Shown here: one piece after another, positions 7,482 to 16,759 of the stretch | Layout: each line of letters opens with the position of its first letter | Numbering within the stretch: position 1 is the first letter of the stretch | NCBI GenBank assembly: GCA_036337435.1 | Contig: JAYZEG010000024.1 | Location: 32,499 to 96,498 of the forward strand | Source of the DNA: Myxococcota bacterium | Lineage (GTDB): Bacteria > Myxococcota_A > Bradymonadia > UBA7976 > UBA1532 | Direction of reading: 5' to 3' | DNA length: 64,000 bases | Program-made: the position numbers and the translations under genes | Notes under the pieces: model-generated | What the model was told of the DNA's origin: nothing | The model's input: the letters and a program-made list of their open reading frames with translations, nothing else | Database searches by the model: none

Positions 7482-8597
7482 ATGTCTGATGAAGCCGGCG
7501 AAAAGACCGAAGCCGCCTCCGAAAAACGGAGGCAGGAATATCGGGAAAAAGGTGAGATTGCTCGCTCCCGCGACATCTTATCGGTCCTTGTGCTGTTTTG
7601 CGCACTTGGATACTTTTCTTTTTTCGGCGAGTTCATTCTTGACGGTTTCAGCAAAATTTTGACGCGCTACTTCAGCTTCCGACCCGACCTGTCATTAACC
7701 CCTGAAGATGTCGTGCAGATGGGCGATGAGGCAATCCTCGATATGGCACTCATTATGTCACCACTCGTCGGTGCCATCGTGGTCGTAAGCATTGTTGGTA
7801 GCCTCGCTCAGACCGGTGTGATCGTGACCACCAAACCACTGGAGCCAGACATCACTCGCCTCAATTTCTTTACCCGCTTTTTTCAAACATTCTTTAACAA
7901 ACAAGCAGTGGGCAATTTGGTGGGTAGCTTGGCTAAGATTGCTGTCGTTGTCACGGTTATCTATCTCACACTGAGTGGGGATGGCGAATACATCAAAGCA
8001 ATTTCTAGCCTGAGTCTCGAGGATGGCATCGCTTTTTTGCTGGGTCGTTGTCTAGACGTTCTCTTGAACGTCAGTATCGTTTTGATCTTTATCGCGGTCA
8101 TCGACTACGCGTGGAATCGCTATGTCATGGAAGAGAAAATGAAGATGACCAAGCAAGAGGTGAAGGATGAACATAAGCAGTACGAAGGTAATCCTGAACT
8201 CAAGGGGAAGCGTCGTCGCATTGCTATGGAAATGGCCAATCAAAGAATGATGCAGGCAGTGCCCGATGCTGACGTTATCGTCAATAATCCAACACACATT
8301 TCGGTCGCTCTTCGCTACAAGCAGGGCGTTGATGCCGCGCCAGTCGTTTTGGCCAAGGGAGCCGATTTCATGGCTATGCGTATCCGGCGTGCTGCTCGGG
8401 CCAATAACATCCCGATGGTGGAGAATAAACCTTTGGCACGGAGTTTGTATAAAACAGTGAAAGTGGGCAAGCCTGTGCCATCGAAGTTTTATCGAGCTGT
8501 GGCTGAGGTACTCGCCTACGTTTACCGAGTGCGCAAGTCCAAGTCAGGGACACAGAATGTCCCTGTGAGCAATGGGCTGAGGAGTAGAGACCGATGA
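7482..8597 (+). CDS. flhB: Flagellar export/substrate switch protein FlhB
   Basis: EKTEAAS, MTKQEVKDEHKQYEGNP, NPTH autocleavage motif. Confidence 0.97.
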   Translation: MSDEAGEKTEAASEKRRQEYREKGEIARSRDILSVLVLFCALGYFSFFGEFILDGFSKILTRYFSFRPDLSLTPEDVVQMGDEAILDMALIMSPLVGAIVVVSIVGSLAQTGVIVTTKPLEPDITRLNFFTRFFQTFFNKQAVGNLVGSLAKIAVVVTVIYLTLSGDGEYIKAISSLSLEDGIAFLLGRCLDVLLNVSIVLIFIAVIDYAWNRYVMEEKMKMTKQEVKDEHKQYEGNPELKGKRRRIAMEMANQRMMQAVPDADVIVNNPTHISVALRYKQGVDAAPVVLAKGADFMAMRIRRAARANNIPMVENKPLARSLYKTVKVGKPVPSKFYRAVAEVLAYVYRVRKSKSGTQNVPVSNGLRSRDR

Positions 8598-10771
8598 TGG
8601 AAAAAATCTCGAAACACAACAATCTGATATTTACCTGCGCCGTCGTCGGATTGTTGCTCCTCATGGTTTTGCCAATTCCGACATTTCTGCTGGACCTCTT
8701 TCTGGCATTGAATATCGCATTGGCTGTGACCGTACTGGTCGTCTCGTTGCACATGAAAACGGCCCTAGACTTCTCCGGCTTTCCAGCCATGCTGCTGGTC
8801 GCTACCCTGTTTCGTCTGACCCTGAACATTGCGTCTACACGCCTGATCTTATTGAAAGGGGCCGACGGTCCTGATGCGGCGGGCGACATCATTTCGACTT
8901 TCGGTAACTTCGTCGTCGGTGGCAATTATGTGGTCGGTATCATCGTATTCATTATCCTGGTCATCATTAACTTTGTTGTTATCACGAAGGGGTCGGGCCG
9001 TATCGCAGAGGTTGGTGCTCGATTTACCTTGGATGCAATGCCCGGTAAACAAATGGCCATCGATGCTGATTTGAATGCGGGCCTGATCAGTGAGGGCGAC
9101 GCCAAAAAGCGACGAAAGCAAATTGAGTCTGAAGCGGACTTTTACGGTGCGATGGATGGTGCGTCTAAGTTTGTGCGCGGGGATGCCATAGCCGGCATTT
9201 TAATTACAGTGATCAATATCATCGGTGGGTTCATCATCGGGATGACTCAGCACGGTTTGCCGGCTGGACAAGCCGCCGCAACCTACACAATCCTCACGGT
9301 GGGTGACGGTCTGGTCTCGCAGATTCCCGCTCTGGTCATTTCTACCGCTGCTGGTATTATTGTATCGCGCGCTGCCGGAAGCTCAGACCTTGGCACTGAA
9401 TTGGTCGAGCAGCTGTTCTCGGCTAAGCGTGTCATGTACATCGTCGCGGCTATTCTGTTTGGATTTGGACTGCTCCCAGGGATGCCATTTATGGTCTTCC
9501 TGGGTATCAGTGGCTTCATGATCTTTGTTGCGCGACAATCCAAAGAAGAAATTGATCCGGTGACAGGCGAATTAACACCAAGGACGACTGAGACGCCGGG
9601 CGACAGTAACGTTCACCTCAGTGCGAATGAGGAAGGTGCTGGAGAGAAGACCGGCTCGCAGAAGATTGAAAGCCTTTTGCCACTCGACCTTCTGGAACTT
9701 GAGGTTGGCTACGGTTTAATTCCTCTAGTTGATCGAGAACAGAACGGTGAACTACTCGATCGAATCCAAAATATTAGAAAACAGTTTGCAAGCCACATGG
9801 GCATCATCGTGCCGCCCATTCACATTCGAGACAATCTACAATTACCGCCGGGAGGTTATTCCCTATTGATCAAGGGTGTTTCCGTTGCTGAAGGCCAACT
9901 TGTTCCAGAGAGATTTCTGGCGATGAATCCAGGAGAAGTGGTCGGTACAGTACCTGGCATCGAGACAACAGAACCAGCATTTGGTTTGCCAGCCATTTGG
10001 ATTACTGAGGAGCACAAAGAGCAAGCCGACCAACTTGGATACACTGTGGTTGATTGTGCAACAGTCATTGCCACTCACTTATCCGAATTGCTCAAAGACA
10101 ACGCGCATGAACTCGTTGGTCGTCAAGAGATGCAGGAACTACTGGACTTGTTTGCGAGAACATCACCCAAGATGATTGAAGACCTTATTCCGGAAAAATT
10201 CCAGCTTGGCGATATCCTCAAAGTGGTGAAGAACCTTCTGCGTGAGCAATTGAGTGTTCGCGATTTAAGGACAATTCTTGAAGCACTCGCGGATCATGTT
10301 CATCTCACCAAGAATACTGAGATTCTGACGGAATTTGTCCGCCAACGGCTTGCACGATACATCTCATCGCGTCTCAAAGCTGAGGATGAAATGATTCATG
10401 TTCTGACGTGCAGCGGCGACCTAGAAGAGGCGTTCCGTGGACAAATTCAGCAATTAGATGGGGATTTCCACCTTGGTGTTGCGCCTTATGTCGCAGAACG
10501 GTTGATCGCTGAGTTGGAAGAGTCGATGACGCAGATGTCAATGATGGGTCTTCAACCGGTTCTCTTGATCTCCCCCGAATTAAGGCGTCCGGTGCGTAAT
10601 TTACTCGAGAGGTTTCTTCCCCAGCTGATGGTGATATCTCATAAAGAAGTCGCGCACGGGATTCAGATCCATTCTGAGGGTGAGGTCGGTATCGGGTTGG
10701 CAGAGTTGATCGCGCCAGCCTTACCAAATCAGCCTGTTGGCGCTGCCGGCGCCGTCGCCGCCCCGGCCTGA
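8594..10771 (+). CDS. flhA: Flagellar export gate protein FlhA
   Basis: RIAEVGARFTLDAMPGKQMAIDADL, FYGAMDGASKFVRGDAIAG. Confidence 0.97.
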   Translation: MMEKISKHNNLIFTCAVVGLLLLMVLPIPTFLLDLFLALNIALAVTVLVVSLHMKTALDFSGFPAMLLVATLFRLTLNIASTRLILLKGADGPDAAGDIISTFGNFVVGGNYVVGIIVFIILVIINFVVITKGSGRIAEVGARFTLDAMPGKQMAIDADLNAGLISEGDAKKRRKQIESEADFYGAMDGASKFVRGDAIAGILITVINIIGGFIIGMTQHGLPAGQAAATYTILTVGDGLVSQIPALVISTAAGIIVSRAAGSSDLGTELVEQLFSAKRVMYIVAAILFGFGLLPGMPFMVFLGISGFMIFVARQSKEEIDPVTGELTPRTTETPGDSNVHLSANEEGAGEKTGSQKIESLLPLDLLELEVGYGLIPLVDREQNGELLDRIQNIRKQFASHMGIIVPPIHIRDNLQLPPGGYSLLIKGVSVAEGQLVPERFLAMNPGEVVGTVPGIETTEPAFGLPAIWITEEHKEQADQLGYTVVDCATVIATHLSELLKDNAHELVGRQEMQELLDLFARTSPKMIEDLIPEKFQLGDILKVVKNLLREQLSVRDLRTILEALADHVHLTKNTEILTEFVRQRLARYISSRLKAEDEMIHVLTCSGDLEEAFRGQIQQLDGDFHLGVAPYVAERLIAELEESMTQMSMMGLQPVLLISPELRRPVRNLLERFLPQLMVISHKEVAHGIQIHSEGEVGIGLAELIAPALPNQPVGAAGAVAAPA

Positions 10772-10799
10772 GTGATAGACACTGCTTAATGAGCTCTAA

Positions 10800-10828
10800 G
10801 GCCACCCTGTTTTGGGGTGGCTTTTTTT
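10800..10828 (+). terminator. Intrinsic terminator after flhA
   Basis: GCCACCC-tgtttt-GGGGTGGC followed by T7. Confidence 0.85.
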
Positions 10829-10852
10829 ATGTGGGCAACGCTTGAAAAAAAA

Positions 10853-10869
10853 CTGGCATAGCTCTCGCA
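10853..10869 (+). promoter_or_regulatory. Sigma54 (-24/-12) promoter upstream of flhF
   Basis: CTGGCATAGCTCTCGCA: GG(10855-56)-N10-GC(10867-68), just downstream of the flhA terminator. Confidence 0.6.
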
Positions 10870-10993
10870 TTATAAGGGTCGTGAACAGGCAAGGAACGCC
10901 AGCTTATGGGGTTTTGAGTCAAAGGGTGCGGCAAGTTGCTGACAGCGATTGTCGATGTTTTGACACTCAGCACATCCGGAGGGATACGAGGTA

Positions 10994-12640
10994 ATGAACG
11001 GTCAAATGTACGAACAAGCACAAGAACAGGTCTTTACCTTCAGGGGTAAGAGCATGCGTGAAGTGGTTTTACAGCTTAAAGATGCTCTTGGTGAAAATGC
11101 CGTAATACAAAGTACCCAGCGTGTCCGCGAACCGGGTGGTGGGTATGTCGAAATTACCGCACGACCGGGGCCGACACCCAGTGCACCCTCTCAGGTAAAC
11201 CAGACTCAGCCCGTTCAAAAGAAACCGGTCTCCCATCAGCTCGGTCATGCCCGTGGTCCGGGGGCATATGCCCACACAGCGAAATCAACCAATGTTGATA
11301 TCGCAAAAGCAACTCAGAGTGGTGTTCGAACTTTGGCTGCGACCCAGCGCTTGGTCTCTGGTAAGGAGACACCATTTGCCGAACGTGCAGCTTGGCTTGC
11401 AGCCCAAATTGAGCAGCGGCAGCGGGACGAGGGGATTTCGACGACAGCGAACGCTCCAGTTCGTGAATTACCTCCAGAATTACAAGCATTGCAACGTGGT
11501 GCGCTCCCAACCGGACATCAAGAGCAAGCGCAGACTCAGTCCGCCAGCAAGCGTCCAGTAAATTATGCTGATATCGACCCAATTACAGCGGATTTGCCTG
11601 CAGACGTTCAGCCTGCTCAACGGACCGAAGTGGATGCGCTTCGTGCTGAACTGGCAGAATTGAAGGAACTGATAACGAACCAAAATAGCAAGCTTGATGA
11701 CACAGAAAATAAACCTGAAATTGTCGCCGAATCCAAGGAGACCACAGGGGTTCAATCAGTTCTGTCGGGGCTCGAGTCCAAAATGGGCGAATTGATTGAG
11801 CTTATCCAATCGGAACAGAGTCCGAGCCAAATTACATCCCAAGAGCTGTTGTCAGATAGGTTGCAAGGAATTGGTATCCTAAAAGTCCATGCAGACGACC
11901 TGGCGTCTCGTGTGTGTCGGGCTATTCCCGAAGGCACGGTCGATGATGGAGATGTCCTCGACCTGTTAGAGGGGTTTATGAGCGATGACATCATGTGTGA
12001 GCAAAGTTTTGGTCAATCCTCAACGTCTGCCAAGGTGATGGCTTTCGTTGGCCCTACGGGTGTTGGTAAGACAACCACCATTGCAAAAGTTGCGAGCCAA
12101 GCGCGCTTAGAGGGAAAGCGCGTGGCACTCATTACCGTTGATACCTGCAGGGCCGCTGCGGTTGAGCAACTCGCTGTTTATGCGGATGTACTCAATGCAC
12201 CCTTGCGAATCGTTAAGCGTGCAGATGAGCTGCGCGGTGCCCTAGATGAACTCAGCGGCCATGACCTGATCTTGGTCGACACGAACGGGCGTAATCCCCG
12301 CGAGTTAGATCAAGTTCAAGATCTCAAGTCGTTTTTTCCTTCCGATTGGGGGGGGGAATTGGTTTTGACCATTGCGTGTAGCACCCGGGAGAGCGATTTG
12401 AGGACGGCAGTCGATGCCTTCGGTGCGTTAGGTGTATCACGACTTTGCATCACCAAAACCGATGAGACGGTAGACCTTGGCGTCGTCTACAGTCTCGCAC
12501 GACGGGCATGTCGACCACTGACCTGGACGACGAATGGACAACGGGTGCCGGACGATATCGAAGTGGCAAATAGTACGGTGTGGGCGCGAGCTTTCATCGC
12601 TGAATTGAGCCGACGCGATGTCGTTAAGAAAGCGAGTTGA
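10994..12640 (+). CDS. flhF: Flagellar biosynthesis SRP-family GTPase FlhF
   Basis: N-terminal FRGKSMREVVLQLKDALGENAVI, GPTGVGKTTTIAK, TKTDET, NGQRVPDDI. Confidence 0.93.
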   Translation: MNGQMYEQAQEQVFTFRGKSMREVVLQLKDALGENAVIQSTQRVREPGGGYVEITARPGPTPSAPSQVNQTQPVQKKPVSHQLGHARGPGAYAHTAKSTNVDIAKATQSGVRTLAATQRLVSGKETPFAERAAWLAAQIEQRQRDEGISTTANAPVRELPPELQALQRGALPTGHQEQAQTQSASKRPVNYADIDPITADLPADVQPAQRTEVDALRAELAELKELITNQNSKLDDTENKPEIVAESKETTGVQSVLSGLESKMGELIELIQSEQSPSQITSQELLSDRLQGIGILKVHADDLASRVCRAIPEGTVDDGDVLDLLEGFMSDDIMCEQSFGQSSTSAKVMAFVGPTGVGKTTTIAKVASQARLEGKRVALITVDTCRAAAVEQLAVYADVLNAPLRIVKRADELRGALDELSGHDLILVDTNGRNPRELDQVQDLKSFFPSDWGGELVLTIACSTRESDLRTAVDAFGALGVSRLCITKTDETVDLGVVYSLARRACRPLTWTTNGQRVPDDIEVANSTVWARAFIAELSRRDVVKKAS

Positions 12641-13226
12641 TGGTGGATAACTTAACAATAGATGAAGTGCAGAACAGAACCCCCAATGCCTTTGCTGTGT
12701 TCGGTGCGGATAGAGCCATCGACAATAGCTGTATGTTGACAGCAATGGATTTACTGTGTGCTCAGCCTGGGCGTTGGTGCGATCAGTGGCTCGGACGCAT
12801 CGTAAGTTCGATTGTGTCTGATGATAGCAGCGGTGTGATTCAGGAGTGGGCTCGGTTGAGGCGTCTCGATTACGAGCAGTTCGGCTTCCACATGGACACC
12901 GACCCCGAATGCGTTATGGGTGCTGTTGCGGTGAGTAAAGATCCACGGACATGCCAAACCATTGCTCAGTGCATTTCCGAGGGGATAAAATGCATTGCAA
13001 TCGACACGGCTGAACTTGACGTCATTATGCTTTCGGAGGACACTTTCGAAGCATGGGCGGGGGCATCTATTCACTCATTGTTAATGATGAAATTCGATAG
13101 TGAAACCGGTGTATTGAACCAAGCACCATTAAACGACGCTGCAGAGTCCCTATTTTCTCTGGAATCTGCTACAGTTAGAGCCAAGTTAATTGGGACTCCA
13201 GCAGCTGAAAAACGAGATGGAGATCG

Positions 13227-14030
<804 letters not shown>

Positions 14031-14037
14031 GGGTTTC

Positions 14038-14790
14038 ATGAAGCAGGGGATCCAGGCATACCAGCGACAAGCGCAAGTATCGCAGCGACGTCGCCAAGAA
14101 GAGATGGTCAAAAAGTATGCACCGCTTGTGAAGAAAGTTGCGTACCGAATGGTTCATCGCTTGCCATCATCTGTTGAAGTGGAAGATTTGATTTCTGTCG
14201 GAACCATCGGACTCCTGCAAGCCTTTGATAATTTTGATGATAGCAAGGGCACGCGCTTCGAATCCTTTGCTGAATTTAGGATTAAAGGAGCCATGCTGGA
14301 TGAGCTTCGGACCTACGATTTCATGTCGCGGGCGGCTCGCGGAAAAGCCAACAAAGTTGAAAAAGCACGAGCCATCCTAGAGGCGGATTTAGGTCGAGCA
14401 CCGACCGTCGCAGAAGTGGCTGAATTGACTGAAATGACGGTCGCTGAAGTCGACTCTATCTTGGCTCAAAGTGAGCAGGTGGCGTTTCTCACACTCGATG
14501 ATTTAGGGAATCTTGCTGTCGACCAGACTGAAGTGCCTTGGGAACTTTTGACTCAAAGTCGACCTGAAGACCCCTTCGGGCACACATTTTTTCGCGAATT
14601 GCGAGACCAGCTGGTCGAAGCTCTTGAGAATATGCCTGAGCGTCTCCGTTTGGTCATGTCCTTATATTATTACAATGACCTCAACTTTAAAGAGATCGGG
14701 CGTGTATTGGACCTCACGGAGTCTCGCATCAGTCAGTTGCATCTGGAGTCCGTCAAATATTTACGGAAGAAGCTGCGGGGCGCGCACTGA
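14038..14790 (+). CDS. fliA: Flagellar sigma factor FliA (sigma28)
   Basis: RLPSSVEVEDLISVG, RIKGAMLDELR, LNFKEIGRVLDLTESRISQLH. Confidence 0.95.
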   Translation: MKQGIQAYQRQAQVSQRRRQEEMVKKYAPLVKKVAYRMVHRLPSSVEVEDLISVGTIGLLQAFDNFDDSKGTRFESFAEFRIKGAMLDELRTYDFMSRAARGKANKVEKARAILEADLGRAPTVAEVAELTEMTVAEVDSILAQSEQVAFLTLDDLGNLAVDQTEVPWELLTQSRPEDPFGHTFFRELRDQLVEALENMPERLRLVMSLYYYNDLNFKEIGRVLDLTESRISQLHLESVKYLRKKLRGAH

Positions 14791-14880
14791 GGTTGGCCCA
14801 ATCAACTGGGCTTCCGTGGTTCTGGGCACGTCCCAGCAGCGACCGGGCCTTGTGCGTCGCTACCGGTTGCGGGATTGCGC

Positions 14881-15204
14881 TTAAATCAGTGGTGTCGGCG
14901 CGTTGGTGTCTTCGTTCACCGGCTCGCTGTCCGATGAACTTGCCGGGCTCGCTTGCTCTAGCTGCTGCAACCGCTGAGATACAACGTGTGCGCCATCGGA
15001 GAGGAGTGCAGCATCGATTTCTTCGCGAAACCGAACTTTTTTCCCAGCGATTTCTCTCAGAGCACAAACAACATCTTTGTTCTTATTATCGATGAGGCGG
15101 TTTGCGCCTCGGTGAAGTTGTCGATATCTCTGAGCCGCTAGATGAACTAGGGCAAACTGGTCAGTCACGTTTTCGAGGCAATCTTCAACAGTAATCCGAG
15201 CCAT
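14881..15204 (-). CDS. rpoZ: RNA polymerase omega subunit
   Basis: MARITVEDCL..FALVHLAAQRYRQL..NKDVVCALREIA. Confidence 0.93.
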   Translation of the reverse strand: MARITVEDCLENVTDQFALVHLAAQRYRQLHRGANRLIDNKNKDVVCALREIAGKKVRFREEIDAALLSDGAHVVSQRLQQLEQASPASSSDSEPVNEDTNAPTPLI

Positions 15205-15310
15205 TTCTGCTCTCCTGCAAGCTTTTGGTGATTAATTCAGGTTCGAAGACTTGGTAATATGCTGATCTAAGGCAATAATGTCAATGAATACGAATCGCCT
15301 TTAGTGAACG

Positions 15311-15751
15311 ATGAAGAAGTTTGAATTTAGACTGGCTGCTGCCTTGATGGCTCGAAATGCACATCTTGAATTGGTGCAGGGGGAGTTGGCGAATGTGAAC
15401 AGTCGCTTGAATCTTGCCGAAGAACTTCTGCATAAGCGAGACAGACTCTTTCAAGAATTAGCTGGCCAGACGCCCAAGAGCGGCACATCATTCGAACCGG
15501 CACTGGCATTACAACATCAAAGACACCTTGACCAACTACGAGAAGAAATTAAGCGTAGAACAGAAATTGTGCGGCAGTTAACAGAAGAGCGGAATGAAGC
15601 TCAAGACCGCGTGGCCGAAGCGTACAAAGATGTTCGAGCCCTCGAAATACTTCAAGAAAAAGACAAGGGGAAATGGCTTCTTGAGATGAAACGGGAAGAG
15701 CAAAAAGCGGCCGATGAATTGAATGGACAGCGGCATTTGAAGGAGACTTGA
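15311..15751 (+). CDS. fliJ: Flagellar export chaperone FliJ
   Basis: MKKFEFRL start, coiled-coil, LEILQEK..REEQKAADE C-terminus, 146 aa. Confidence 0.8.
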   Translation: MKKFEFRLAAALMARNAHLELVQGELANVNSRLNLAEELLHKRDRLFQELAGQTPKSGTSFEPALALQHQRHLDQLREEIKRRTEIVRQLTEERNEAQDRVAEAYKDVRALEILQEKDKGKWLLEMKREEQKAADELNGQRHLKET

Positions 15752-15762
15752 TGCCACGCTCG

Positions 15763-16497
15763 TCAGGACAGTGACAGACCTCCATCTACGCCGATTGTCT
15801 GACCGGTGATGTACCCGGCCTTGTCACTCGCCAAGAAGTAGACCAAATCAGCGACCTCATCTGATTGACCGAATCTAGGGATCGGGATTGACTTTACGAG
15901 CTGCGCTTCTGCCCGTTGTCTGAGCTGTTCGCTCATATCGGTTTCAATGATGCCTGGTGCGACTGCATTGACGGTGATGTTTCTGGAGCCCAATTCAACT
16001 GCCAAAGCCCTGGTGAACGCTTCTAAAGCACCTTTACTCGCCGCGTAGTTTACTTGTCCTCGATTGGGTCGACGGGCGGCGACGCTGCTCATGTTGATGA
16101 TCCGCCCAAAGCGTCGTTTCATCATGGTTTTTGATGCAATTCTGGATGTGTAGAAGGCTGAATCGAGATTCGTTTTCAACACGGCATGCCAGTCATCATC
16201 CTTCATTTTCATGGACAGCTGATCGGCCGTCATACCAGCGTTATTGACCAAGACATCTAGATGGCCGAAGCGCTCCACGCAAGCGTGAACAAGATCGCTC
16301 GCCGCGTTTGAATCGCTTATGTCTGCCTGAACTAGAAAAACCTCCGCGCCGAGGTCTTCACACGCTAAGGCCACCGTTTCGGCGGCAGCTTGATTACGTC
16401 TGTAGCACAGGCAAAGTTTTACGTTCCCTACGCGTGCAAATCTGAGTGCGATAGCACGTCCAATACCCCGACTTGCTCCTGTAATCAGCGCGATCAT
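15763..16497 (-). CDS. fabG: 3-oxoacyl-ACP reductase (SDR family)
   Basis: TGASRGIG, NNAG, GQVNYAASK, VNAVAPGII.TDM. Confidence 0.85.
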   Translation of the reverse strand: MIALITGASRGIGRAIALRFARVGNVKLCLCYRRNQAAAETVALACEDLGAEVFLVQADISDSNAASDLVHACVERFGHLDVLVNNAGMTADQLSMKMKDDDWHAVLKTNLDSAFYTSRIASKTMMKRRFGRIINMSSVAARRPNRGQVNYAASKGALEAFTRALAVELGSRNITVNAVAPGIIETDMSEQLRQRAEAQLVKSIPIPRFGQSDEVADLVYFLASDKAGYITGQTIGVDGGLSLS

Positions 16498-16759
16498 GTG
16501 GTCCCCTTTATGTGGTGAATGTCATCGCGGTGCCCATACTGCGCTAAGCACTCATCGAAGGTCAACTAATCAGATGCTGTCTTTAGCATGCTGAGTGAGA
16601 ATAGCCTCTGCGGGGTGGCGATTAGTGTGTTCGCCGTTATTTCACCAATCGGTTTTCATCATTTGATGGTTTTTGAGATACGTCGTGGACCCAGGTACCT
16701 CCAGTGCTGTATGGTGTGGCCCGTCCAGAAGATAAACTTTTGCGGTCTTGGAGCGAAGC

